From the human T2T-CHM13v2.0 reference genome, Homo sapiens: a stretch of 64,000 nt of DNA. The notes beneath the pieces were generated by a model. The model saw nothing but the letters and a program-made list of their open reading frames with translations, was not told where the DNA came from and did not search any database. The position numbers and the translations under genes were made by a program. Location of the stretch: the NCBI RefSeq assembly GCF_009914755.1, contig NC_060936.1. One strand, written 5' to 3'. The stretch's first letter is position 1, and each line of letters begins with the position of its first letter. This document shows, in pieces, positions 1 to 12,856 of the stretch.

Positions 1-929
1 TATTATATTAAATAACTCAGGGAAATCTGAAAAACGTTTAAGATGAAGTGTATGACATGGTGTATTATTTTCCATTTACGGGATATTTCCAGTTTTATAC
101 TATCAGACTAGCACACATGGTATTCTCATCATTAGCATCAGAAGTTCCATAAACATATCACAAGTAATACAAGGGTCTATGGTTGCAATTTGCTTATAGT
201 CACATCAAAAACAGTTTTCATGGTAGCAGTTTAGTTCCAGGAGTCATTTTTTCTCATTAGAAAACCAAAGCCAGCAAACAAATGCAGGATATGAGCAGGG
301 TTGACAATCACTACTTGAAAGTCAGAACAACTGTGGTGTCACTTAGCTGACTGTTAGAGGATATTTGGGTGGAAATTAGACTAGTCCTGGCTTATTCAGT
401 GCATCTTTTGAGTTTATTCCTGTTAAAGCCTAATTTTTAGATGATAACTGAAGAGAAATGTCTTACTCTCTCTAAAAGTAGATGTGACCTGGTGGTTTGT
501 GTGGAATTACAAGACTTTTTAAAAACCCCTATTCGATGCTGTATGGATTCGAGATATTTTTCTTGGGTCTCTAGTTTTATAATCTGTTTCCTGTGAAGCT
601 TACATGGCCAATTTTCTTATGAGAGAAGCTCTGTTTTGAGGACTAACAAATCCCAAAACACTAAATTTAAGTCCAAAATAAGCAGTTATCATAAAAGAAT
701 ATTGAGTACTAGATCTTCGGTCATTTCAAAATTATTAGTGATACAATTTGTGACCACTTTTGTAATAGCCAACAGTTCACTACTTATATTCCTGGAAAAT
801 ATTATGGAAGCTGTTCATAATCTTTTTAAAGAGCCACAAAAATTATTTTCATATTAAAATAAATAATAAATATTTAGCATTATCATAATGTTACATATAA
901 CTTTAGTATGGTTTCCAGAATAGCATATA

Positions 930-1430
930 CAACTGGTTTTCCTCCTACTTAACAATTGCTCCTTAGTCTGTTTTGCTGTTTCCTGCTCAACTTCCTGATC
1001 TCTCAGCACTTCATTAAAGTGTTGCCGGGCTCTGTCTTTGGACTTCTATGTATGCTCCATCACCTCAACTTTCATTACTTTAAAGACCATCAAAATGCTG
1101 ACAATGCCCAAATTTAGTCTGGACACCTCTCCTAACCTCCACACTCATATATCTAACTACTTACTCAATATCTCCATTTGGATATCTAATCTACATCTCA
1201 AGATTTACATGTCTAAAATTAAGGTCCTTATATTTTAACCTCCTCCTCTCTCCCACAAGCTGTTTCTCTCATAGTCTTCCCCAGCTCAATTAATGGTAAC
1301 TTCTAGCTATTCAGGCCAAAAATCTCAGCATAATCTTTAATTCTCTTTCTATCACATCCTATTGCAATGTGTTAGAAACATCCTATATACAATGCATTAG
1401 AAACTCTTTCAAAGGCTCCACCTTCAAAAT
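930..1430 (+). mobile_element. LINE-2 fragment (continues ~3310-3630 and ~4080-4390 after younger insertions)
   Basis: L2-like RT-region text (atgctgacaatgcccaaat...atatctaactacttactcaatatctccatttggatatct). Confidence 0.7.
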
Positions 1431-1431
1431 A

Positions 1432-1805
1432 TAGGCAATGGAATACTGTTTGTCAATGAAAAAGGGTGCACACACACATACACACACACAGATACTTGTA
1501 AAAGTGTCCAAAATACTTTGAGTCAAAGAAGCCAGAGGCAAAAGATTATACATAGTGTAATTCCATTTATGTGAGTTTCAAGAACTGGCCAACCCAATCT
1601 GTGGTGATAAATATCAGAATAATCATTTTCTCTGGGGAGTCACTGAGGGTATTGGCTAAAAACACACAAAGGAATTTGGGGAGAATTAAAATGTTCTATT
1701 ATTTGATCTGGGTGATGGTTACAAGGATGCATACACATGTTAAAATCCATTAGGTTGTTCACTTAAAAATTATTAATTTTATTGTATATTAATCATCCCT
1801 CAAGT
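1432..1805 (+). mobile_element. Old L1 (L1ME/MC-type) 3' end fragment
   Basis: aaagaagccaga...attccatttat...aatgttctattatttgatctgggtgatggttaca 3' UTR motifs. Confidence 0.65.
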
Positions 1806-2801
1806 AAGTATTAATATGTATAGAACATATATTTCTATTGCCTTGGAAGGGTCAAAAGGTGGTGTATTTAGTCACACAGAAGTCTCTTTGAAAAGATTAA
1901 GCTGTGACTCAGATTCTCCCAACCATCTAAGCAAAAACCAAAAATTGGGATGGGGTTATTTAGGAAAACCCTGTGGAAAGCCTCTTGTCTAATAGAGTAA
2001 ATCCATTGAGAATTTTACACCAGCAGAACCAATTCGGACCAGTTTGGACAATAACAAACAGAGCAACAACAAATAAAAGAACACTGCTGACTCTCAAAAT
2101 TCTACAGGCAGAAAACAAACTGATCAAACTACCCAGTTTTGTGCTCATGCTACCCTTCCTGAAAAATTAAGGATGACCTTGAAGATGGAGCCACAAGCCC
2201 AGAGGGTGGAGCCAAAAACTACAGAGTATCATCCTCAGGTCCAAAAAGCATAATGTTTGCCCACCTGGATTTCAATTTTTCTTGGAACTGGTGACTCCTT
2301 TTTCTTCTACATTTTCTCTTTTCAAATGGGAACTTCTATAACTTTTATCCTATGCCTATACCATCACCATTGTATTTTGGGAGAAACTAACTTGCTTCTT
2401 AAGTTTTACAGATTAACAGATGAAGAGTAATTATACCTCAGGATGGATTAGAGCCTCACCCATAGCTGATTATATTATGAGATTGGGGGATTTTGAGTTG
2501 ATGAATTTATTTAAACTTCAAATTGCTGCTGAAATGGGTTGAGATGTTTAGGGATATTGGAGCCAGCTGAATGCATTTTGAATGTGGGACAGATGTGAAA
2601 CTTTGGGAGCCTGAGGGTAGACTGTGGTAGGCAAAATAATGCTCCCCAAAGATGTTTATGTCCTAATCCCTGAAACCTACGAATATGTTATATTACATGG
2701 CAAAAGGGACTTTGCAGATGTGATTGAGTCAAGAACCTTGAAATAGGAAGATTATCCTGGATCATCCTGGTAGGTCTAATGTAATTATGAGAGCCTTTGT
2801 A

Positions 2802-2815
2802 AGAGAGAGAGAGAG

Positions 2816-2874
<59 letters not shown>

Positions 2875-2913
2875 CAGAGAGAGACAGACAGACAGAGACA
2901 GAGAGAGAGAGAG
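2802..2913. repeat. Compound (GA)n(GT)17(GA/GACA)n microsatellite
   Basis: Directly visible. Confidence 0.95.
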
Positions 2914-3097
2914 ATTTGAAGATGGAGAAAGAAGCCAGACGCCAAGAAATATAGATGGCCCTTGGAAGCTGGAAAATACAAGACACTAAATGATATTATC
3001 CCTTAGAGCCTCCAGAAGAAATGCAATCGGCAGACACCTTGATTTTAGCCCATAAAAACTTCTGACCTACGAACTTTAAGATCATAAATTTGTATTG

Positions 3098-3240
3098 TTT
3101 TTTTTTTTTTTTTTTTTTTTTTTTTTGAGACGGAGTCTCGCTCTGTCACCCAGGCCGGACTGCGGACTGCAGTGGCGCAATCTCGGCTCACTGCAAGCTC
3201 CGCTTCCCGGGTTCACACCATTCTCCTGCCTCAGCCTCCC
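3098..3240 (-). mobile_element. 5'-truncated AluYb8-type insertion
   Basis: Diagnostic 7-bp duplication (GCAGTCCGCAGTCC on - strand) and CCGGGAAGCGG; pure 29-nt A tail; TSD TGTATTGTTTT at 3091-3101 and 3241-3251. Confidence 0.92.
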
Positions 3241-3636
3241 TGTATTGTTTTAAACTAGTAAATTTGTTGTAATTTATTACATCAGCAACAGGAAATTACT
3301 ATACCCATCTACAGTTTATTTTCAATCTAACAGCTGGAGGGATCCTACTGAAACATAAGTCAGATGATATCAGTTATTTCGTTAAACACTTCAGTCCAGT
3401 AGCTGCCTTTCTTCCCACAGACTAAAAAACCAAAGACCTTATAGCCCCCGCTCAGGACTCTACAGTCTATTCTTCACCCCCTGCGCAATACCTCCCTGAC
3501 ACTTCATCCTCTGCACTCCACTTTCCCCTACCTCACTGCAGCCCGCCCGTGTACTTCAGGTTCCTTTACCCTTTACGCCTTGAGACCTTTGCCATTTAGG
3601 GGTCCATCTGTCTAAAATATTTTTCTCTCAGATATT

Positions 3637-4074
3637 TCTTTTCTTTTCTCTTTTTTTTGAGATGGAGTCTCACTCTGTTGCCCATGATGGAGTGCAGTGG
3701 TGCCATCTCAGCTCACTGCAACCCCTACCTCCCAGGTTCAAGAGATTTTCCTACCTGAGCCTCCCGAGTATCTGGGACTACAGGTGGGGCCATCACATCC
3801 TGCTACTTTTTGTGTTTTTAGTAGAGACGAGGTTTCATCATGTTGGCCAGGCTGGTCTGAAACTCCTGGCCTCAAGCGATCCTCCCGCCTTGGCCTCCCA
3901 AGTAGCTGGGATTACAGGCACTCGCCATCAAGCTCAACTAAATTTCATATTTTTACTAGAGACAGGGTTTCACCATGTTGGCCAGGCTGGTCTCGAACTC
4001 CAGACCTCAAGTGATCAGCCCACCTCGGCCCCCCAAAGTGCTGGGATTACAGGCGTGAGCCACCATGCTCAGCC
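3637..4074 (-). mobile_element. AluS-type element with three monomers
   Basis: Two A-rich linkers and ~440 bp length inside one TSD pair TCTCTCAGATATT (3624-3636, 4075-4087). Confidence 0.85.
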
Positions 4075-4551
4075 TCTCTCAGATATTCCTGTCTGTCTTT
4101 CTCAGCTCCTCCATGTCTTTCCTCAAATATTATTTTCTAAATAAGATTTTCTTTTGCCTTCTTATTTAGAACTGAATGTTCCCAACTCCAACCCCTAGCA
4201 CTCTTTAATCTCCTTTCCAGCTTTACTTTTCTTTATTTTTCATGGCCCTAATTATCTCTCAACATACTCTATTTTTCTTATTTTGTTGATTCTCTCTCTT
4301 CTCCCACAAGAATCAAAACTATCTCACAGCCAAAATATCACCTGGATCATAGCAGGCACTCAAGCACCCCGTAAATGATTGTGACATAAATGAAGTTGAC
4401 AGAATTACCTTTAGCAACTATGACACAGATATAGGAACTTTCACTAAGCTCCTTGAGGGCAGAGCTGGATCTTGCATGGCCTATGAAAATGTCTTTTTAC
4501 CCCCAGCTCAGGACTAAAAATGGAGCAGGCACTAAACATGTACTTATGGCA

Positions 4552-5862
4552 TTTTTTAATGTTTTTATTGTAGTAAAATATGCATAACACAAAATTTACC
4601 ATCTTAACCATTTTTAAGCATACAGTTCAGTGACATTCACATTATTGTATAACTATCACCACTACCTATCATCTCCAGAACTTTTCATCTTCCCAGGCTG
4701 AAATTTTGGACCCATTAAGCACTAACTCCCCATTCCCTACTCTCCTCAGCCCCTGACAGCCACTATTCTACTTTCTGTCTTTATGAATTTGACTACTCTA
4801 GGTACCCTCACATAAGTAGATCATACAATATGTGTCCTTTTGTGACTGGCTTATTTCAGTTAGCACAATGTCTTCAAGGTCCATCCATGTTGTAGCGTGT
4901 TGTCAGAAGTGCCTTTCTTTTTAAGGCTGAATAATATTCTATTGGATGTATATATCACAATTTCTTTATCCATTTATCCATGAATGGACACTTGGGATGC
5001 TTCCACCTTTTGGCTATTGTTAATAATGCTGCTATGAAGATGCAAGTACAAATATCTATTCCAGTCCCTGCTTTCATTTCTTTTGGGTAAATTCCTAGAA
5101 GTGAAATTTCAGGATCATATGGTAATTATATGTTTAATTTTTTGAAGAATTTTCATATTGTTTTCAATAGCAACTGCGCCATTCAGCATTCCTATCAGCA
5201 ATACACAATGATTCCAATTTCTCCATATTCTCATCATGCATTTTTTTGTGCTGTGATTTGTTTGTTTGTTTGTTTTTTTATAATAGCCATCCTAATGGAA
5301 ATGAAATGATGTCTTACTGTGGTTTTGACTTGCATTCACCTAATGATCAGTGATGTTAAACATCTTTTCATGTACTTATTGACCCTTTGTATATTTTCTT
5401 TGGAGCAAAGTCCTTTTCCCATTTTTTAACCTGTTTTTTTTTCTGTTGTTAATTTAAGGAGTTAATATATTCTGGATATTAATTCCTTATTAGATGGATG
5501 ATTTGTAAATATTTTCTCCTATTCTTTGGGTTGACTTTTCACTCCATTGATAGTGTCCTTTGATGCTCAAAAGTTTCTTATTTTAATAAAATCCAACTAA
5601 TTTTTTCTTGTATTGCCTGTGACTTTAGTGTCATATCCAATAAATAATTGCCAAACCCAATATCATAAATATTTCTCTATTTTTTTTCTAAGAATTTCAT
5701 AGTTTTAGCTGTTATGTTTAGTCTCTGATCCATTTCGAGTTAATTTTTATATATATAGTGTAAGGTAAAAGTCCATGTTTATTATTTTTCATGTAGATAC
5801 CCAATTTTTTCAACACTTTTGTTAATAAAACTGACCTTTTCCCATCGGATGGTCTTAACACC
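4552..5862 (-). mobile_element. L1MB-like 3' fragment
   Basis: tttattgtagtaaaatatgcataacacaaaatttaccatcttaaccatttttaag and downstream antisense ORF2 C-terminal text. Confidence 0.85.
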
Positions 5863-5874
5863 CTACTTAATGGC

Positions 5875-6243
5875 TGTATTCGTCTGTTCTCATGCTGCTG
5901 ATAAAGACATACCAGAGACTGGGCAATTTACAAAAGAAAGAGGTTTAATGGACTTACAGTTCCACATGGCTGGGGAGGCCACACAATCATGGTGAAAGGC
6001 AAGGAGAAGCAAGTCATGTCTTACATGGATGGTGGCAGGCTAAGAGAGAGCTTGTGCAGGGAAACTCCCATATTTAAAACCATCCAATCTTGTGAGACTC
6101 ATTCACTATCATGAGAACAGCACAGGAAAGACCCACCCCTATAATTCAATCACCTCCCACCAGGTTCCTCCCATGACACGTGGGAATTGTGGAAGTTACA
6201 ATTCAAGATGAGATTTGGGTGGAGACACAGCCAAACCATATCA
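5875..6243 (-). mobile_element. THE1B-like solo LTR (MaLR)
   Basis: tgtatt...gctgctgataaagacataccagagactgg...gacacagccaaaccatatca; ~370 bp. Confidence 0.9.
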
Positions 6244-6876
6244 ATGTGGCATTTTAATTAAGTCACTTTATAATTAATTCCACTCTATAAAGAGTTTGCA
6301 GTTTATTGCATGGAATGATAAATTCATTTCTTCTTTTGGGTGGATGCAAGCAGTATACCTCTGTGAACAAAGCAGAAAATCACTATACTTGCCGTTTCAT
6401 GCCCTCACTTCTATAATGGTTTGACTCTAAAATGTGCAGCAAACTTCTTTATATATATTCAAAAGAATGATTTACCCACTGTCTGATTTAATGCTTTTTA
6501 ATGCCTAAAAGCCTGTCAAACAGACTGAAGAATCATTTTCCATCCCTTTATGCTCCTGTGCCTCACTGTGGGCGACATTACATTACCCTACATTGTGCCT
6601 AGGTGTGCTCTTCCACCAATAGCAAGCCTACTGTCCTACTGAACAACTGCAAAAGTGAAGGATTTACAACAGGAAGCTTCCCCAAATGCTCATGTTTACT
6701 TTAAACCAACAATCATTAAGGAAAGAATCTGGTGGAAGGAAGACACAAGGTGACTTGCAAAGTCATTAATAAGAGGTCATAAATAGGTATAATCGAAGGT
6801 TTGGGCTTCTCTTAAAAAAAAAAAGAGAGACTTAAGAATTAAGTTATAATAATATCCCATTTAATGCCTGAATTTA

Positions 6877-7196
<320 letters not shown>

Positions 7197-7715
7197 GTAA
7201 AAACTACTGCAATAGGTTTCTGTAGATGTTATAAATTATAAATATATTAAAAACTGTGGTATTATTATCACAAGTTATCTCAATTATTTCATAGATACCA
7301 TTCTTCAAGAACTCTATATACGAAACTATGATTTCAAAAATGTTTAACAATAGGAGCTTAAAATTAGATAAATTATTTTAAAAACTAAGGTTAGTACTAG
7401 TATAAATACCTGAAACCCTCAGGGAACCACACATCTCGATGAACTGGAAGGCACCACCAAGAGTTTTATGGTCACTCTGTCTTTCACTACTACCCTATTA
7501 ATATGACAAGTATATTTGTGAACCTAGAAATGGACTTAAGTCTATTATTTGGAAAAAACTTTGTGTTTCTGATTTGTCTAGTTTAATTACAACTACAAAT
7601 ATTAATCAACTTCATCACTGGGTGGCATTGTAAGTACCCATATATGTTGGAGACTTCATTGAAAAAAAAGAGAGAGAGAGAGAGAAAGATCTGCTTTTAG
7701 AAAGTGTACCGACTT

Positions 7716-8016
7716 GGCCAGGCACGGTGGCTCATGCCTATAATCTCAGCACTTTGGGAGGCCAAGGCGGGAGGATTGCATAAGCCCAGGAGTTTGACCC
7801 ATAGTGAGAAACATAGTGAGACCCTGTCTCTACAAAAAATATTTTTTTTTTAATTAGCCGGGCATGGTGGCATGCACCTGTAGTCCCAGCTACTTGGGGA
7901 GCTGAGGTGGGAGGATGACCTGAGCCAGAGAGGTCAAGGCTGCAGTGAGCTGTGATCATGCCACTGCACTCCAGTCTGGATGACAGAGCAAGACCCTGTA
8001 CCCTCACCCAAAAAAA
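7716..8016 (+). mobile_element. Alu (AluJ-like)
   Basis: Dimeric Alu with gaggtcaaggctgcagtgagctgtgatc J-type text. Confidence 0.9.
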
Positions 8017-8463
8017 TGTTTATCAGGTGATATCAACATGGACAAGCCTAGACTTACAAAAAACATTAGCCAATCCTAGAATTTTTTTCTAATAGTTAAA
8101 TGATTATGATAACTCAAGAGCAGGATCATAGGAATATTGCATAAAAATAATAATTTAATTAAATTTAATTTAAACATAGGTGTTTACCTGAAACAGATGT
8201 GCCAATGGAGAGCTGAGTACATTTAGCATAAGTAGAAAGTATAATACCTAGCCTATATTACTTACAGAATTTGGAAGATAGCTCCAACGTGGGAGCCACT
8301 CTGAGACAAAGCTAGAACCCCCAAATGGCCACGAGGAGCTTATGACGCAGACTTTCAGCAGTAGCCAGAGGACCCTCTTTTCTGAGGCATAAAACATGGT
8401 ACTGACTGAAGAGCTAAGGCTAGTGAAGGCAGTCGCTGTGTCCTAAAAGATGTTGTCTACAAA

Positions 8464-8495
8464 GTGTCCTCTAGTGGTCAAAGGCTATCACTGCA
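8464..8495 (-). promoter_or_regulatory. Candidate CTCF binding site with upstream module
   Basis: Minus strand reads TGCAG-13nt-CCACTAGAGGACAC: near-consensus core plus TGCAG upstream motif at a typical spacing. Confidence 0.65.
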
Positions 8496-9599
8496 TGTTA
8501 AAAATAGCAACCTTTCTCTTGTAAGACCATGAATCAGCTCTCACCGGTACTGGGTAGTTAATCTGGTGATTATTATTTTTCAAGTATATAAATGGTTTCC
8601 CACTTATCTTGATATCAGGAGACAAAGAAAACAAGGTCATTAAAAGTGTCCTGATTTAGTGGCCAAAAAAGGCGGTAGAGCCTAGCAATTAAAAGCGTGA
8701 TTAGGAGTTAGGCAGCCTATGTAAATAAAACCTTGCTGTACTTCTTACTCGCTTCGTGACCGAAAAAATGAATTAAACTTTTTGCTTGTCAGTTAACACA
8801 TCTGTAAAGTGGAGATAACTTTATTACCTCATAGGATAAGCTTCATAATAATCCTATAAGGTAATAAATATTAATCAAATCTGGAGCCACCTTAACTCAG
8901 AATCTTTTTTTATGTTATAATAAATTATCCTCACTTTTAAAGCTGCTTTCCATGTGTGTTTTCTACTATTATTTTCAGCCATTGCCATCCTACAAATACA
9001 CTGACTATTATAAATAAATATTTTAGATTAGAATGTGCAGTCTTACTACAGGCTAGAGTTTAGTGTACTAAGGATTATTCTATTATATAGATTATCTAAG
9101 CCACTAACTAGGTAGATGAGAAAACCAAGGCCCTTAGAGTTTCGATGTCCTATCCCAGGTCACACAGTTAATAGAGTTGGGATTGTCTGAAACTCAGTAG
9201 GCCTAACTCCCAGTCCAATGCTCATTTATCATATGATTTATTTCACTTTTCTTCCCAATCCATAAAAGTCACCACAGATCACACTCCAGTGCAGAGGGAA
9301 CCAAGAAACCAACTGCTTCTTCAACATAGTTTCCAGACATGGCAACAATTAACCACTTTTTGTAGGCAGTTAATGGATTAACACAACCGCTAAGATTATA
9401 ATGAAAAGATACTGGAAGAACCACTGTGAAAGCAAAACATGGGTGAGTTCACATCTTACTGAAACATCAGTAATTAGACATTGATATGTGAAAAAATGTA
9501 GGCAAATGATGAAACCGGGTTAATGTACTTACTCCATAGCCAACCCATCAGACTACCTTCACCCACTTCCTGCTTTCAGTCCAGCCCTGATAAGAGTTA

Positions 9600-10495
9600 T
9601 TTGGCTGTCATTCTGCCTTCCCTCCAGTTTACCTCCTGCCATCTCTTCTTAAATCTGTAGATATGTAATTTAATGGCATCACTATTGGCCCAATGGCTTA
9701 GACCCAAAACCTGTAGTCTCTTTAGATGTCTTTCATATTCCATACCCAAACCATTAGCAAATTCTGAATTTACCTTCAAAATACATTCCAAATCCCATCA
9801 CTTCTCACCAACTACACAGCTACTACTTTGATCCTTTTCTTCATAAACCTTCACTTTGCTAACTACTACAACTGCCTCATAACAAATACTTTGCTTCCAC
9901 TCATCTGTTATAGCCCAAAAAATGCTACATTTAATTATTTCTGTGTTTAAAGCCTCCAGTGGCTTTTTATCACATTCAAAATAAAATCCAAACCTGTTAC
10001 CTTAGTTTACAAGCCCATCTTAATATGATCCTTGGCTCTACTTTCCAACTGCATGTCCTGTTCATCCCACTCTACACTGCCCTCCTTGCTGCTACTTGAA
10101 AAAGCCATGCTTTTTCCCAATTTAGGGGTTTTTGTCTATGCAGTTTCCTCTGCTGAACAGATTTCTCCTCCCAGTATTCCAATAAGTGGCTCTATCGCTT
10201 CAGTCAGGTCTCTGCTCAACTGTCTGTCACCTGTCAAAGAAGCAGTCTCTATTTCATCTACATTAGAACACCTATCATTCTATCCCTTCATCCTGCATAT
10301 TTTTTCTTAAAGCATTTATTATTACCTTACATTATATTACACATTTGTTAACTTTTTATTATTTGTATCTTGCACTAGAAGATAAGCTTTGTGGTGGCAC
10401 AAACTTGTTTTGTTTACTGATGTTTCCCCAGCTCCTAAAACAGTGCAGAGCACACATTAAGTACTCATAAGTTATAGTCAGAGAAATGAATTAAT
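9600..10495 (+). mobile_element. LINE-2 3' fragment
   Basis: L2 3' text ending cagtgcagagcacacattaagtactc...aaatgaattaatg. Confidence 0.7.
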
Positions 10496-10939
10496 GCCTC
10501 CATATTTCACCTCTTAACTTCTGAGCATTGCCCACTGTTTTCCAGTTTGAAAACATAATCCATGCACTAATTAACTATTCTTAGATGCCGCATCACAATT
10601 TGTGGTTCTCCCTCTTTCACTTCAAGTACTGAAAGATACAGATCAATTGCTGGATGTTAAAGTGATCTAATGGTAGAAACTGTCTCTCAGCTATTTATAA
10701 CCAGGCTGCAATGCCTGAAATTCTATAGCAAGCCTCTATAAAATTTCTTCAGCTCTCACAGCTTGCTGTCACCACATTTAAAATTGCTTTATGGGATTGA
10801 AAGGTGGAGGCAATTTGTGGTCCTAAGTAAAACTACTTGCTTTCAGTTAGTTTGGCTGTGAAGCAAGAAGATGGTGAGTATCCAGGATGTCAGCTGTGAT
10901 CAGCTTGTCTTACTATCTTCTGTTAAATATGGCACACAG

Positions 10940-11262
<323 letters not shown>

Positions 11263-11879
11263 TTATTCTGTTGCAGGCCCAAGCCTCAGAACCATCTAAT
11301 AAGGTGACATGAGTGTCTTACTGTAATTTAAGGTTGAATTAGGGCCTTTGGGCATCACAATACAGTCTAATTCAACCATCACAAGCATGTCTTTAGAAGG
11401 GAATATCCTTGCAGGTCTACAGAAAACAACTCACATTCTGCCCCACTGGGTTCCATAATGTAGGATATCACCTGCCACACTCATGACTCCGTTCATGTTT
11501 TCTTCCAGGAGTCATTGCCTCAACAGAACATTTCCTGGCTGCAAGCACATCCAATACAAGGCATAAAATAGCCAGTCCTGTATAAAACATATGAAATGGT
11601 AGTTCTTTTAAATACTACATTTTGAAGTCTGGAGTCAAGAAAAATGGGTCCTATATTCCCATCTTTTTGGAAACTATCGAGAATTGTTATTTTATACAGA
11701 AAAGGTAACTGACAATTACTGAGCCCTTACTGTGTGCCAGACACTTTATGAAGCCAGTGACTTCATTTGTTTTAATTCTTACAACATTGATCCTGTAAAA
11801 TAGGTATCATCACTGCCATTTTGCAACTAGAAAACAGATTTAGTGATCTCAAGAGGCCTGCCCTCCTAACCTCCTAATC

Positions 11880-12655
11880 TCCCAGTCTTCTCCAATCAGT
11901 TAATGTCACCACCAGCCTTTCAAATGCTCAAGCTATAAATCTAAGTGTCATCCTTAACACTTAGACACGTCTTCATCTTCACTGCTCCTACCAGTTCAAA
12001 TAACTATAATTATTACCTGGGCTACTGCAATAGCCTCCTAATTCATCTCTCTGCTTTTATACTTGCCCACTCCATTCTCTAAGCCCAGCAGCCAGAATGA
12101 TTTTTGTAAAACATAAACCATAAAACAAACTGACTTAAACACTTCCATGATTCCCCACCATACTTACAATATAATTCAAACTATTTTACCCTGCATACGA
12201 AACTCTGGATGATCTGCTAAGAACCCTAACTTCATGCTCTTATCTTTCCTCTCTCCAATAATCAGAACTTATTTCTGTCCCTGGAACACACTAAGCTTGT
12301 TCCTACTTTAAGGCTCCTGCTCTGGAACTATCTTCACACAGATCTTCACAAAGAAGTTTGTGGTCATTCAGTTCTCAGCTGCTATGTCACCTCCTTAGAT
12401 GGATCTTTTCTCTTGACAACCTAAAGCAGCCCCCCATCATCACACCCTGTAGTATCACCCAGTTTTATTTCTCCATAGTACTAACTGCTGTCTGCTAATT
12501 TCTCTTTTTTAAGAGAAAAAAAGTTTTTTTATTTCTTTCTTTCCGTCTCCTCCCACAAAAATGCATGCTATAAGATACCTTGCCTGTCACATATAGCACT
12601 GTGATTCCAGCACTTAAAACAGTGTCTGGGACATTATAAGTAATTGATAAATGCC
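11880..12655 (+). mobile_element. LINE-2 fragment (preceded by a - strand MIR at ~11705-11860)
   Basis: ctactgcaatagcctcctaatt...cagcagccagaatgatttt...cagtgtctgggacattataagt. Confidence 0.7.
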
Positions 12656-12777
12656 TAAGTATACACTGTTAATTCCCAGATCAAGGTTAAAATTCAGGTA
12701 TCCATCCACAAATTTTTTCTACTATATTTTGACTTCTCCATGACTTTATCTTAGAATATTATACATTGTAAAATTTA

Positions 12778-12856
12778 CTATTCACTTTACATATACTGAT
12801 CTCTATTCACTTTACATATACTGATCTCTATTCACTTTACATACACTGAACTCTAT
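12778..12856. repeat. 25-bp tandem repeat, ~3.2 copies
   Basis: CTATTCACTTTACATATACTGATCT at 12778 and 12803, variant copy at 12828. Confidence 0.95.

Larger units (their letters stand above)
1900..3304 (+). mobile_element. MaLR: MLT1 internal remnant (~1900-2622) plus MLT1D-like LTR (2623-3304)
   Basis: LTR start tgtggtaggcaaaataatgctccccaaagatgt..., ggcaaaagggactttgcagatgtgatt, end cagcaacaggaaattactatac. Confidence 0.8.

Noticed and set aside
3662-4144. 160-aa ORF and similar ORFs at 7738, 14281, 25128, 50485
   Set aside because: Translations of Alu sequence
12778-12856. Short direct repeats as a CRISPR-like array (also 34333, 42987)
   Set aside because: Human DNA, no unique spacers of regular length, no cas genes
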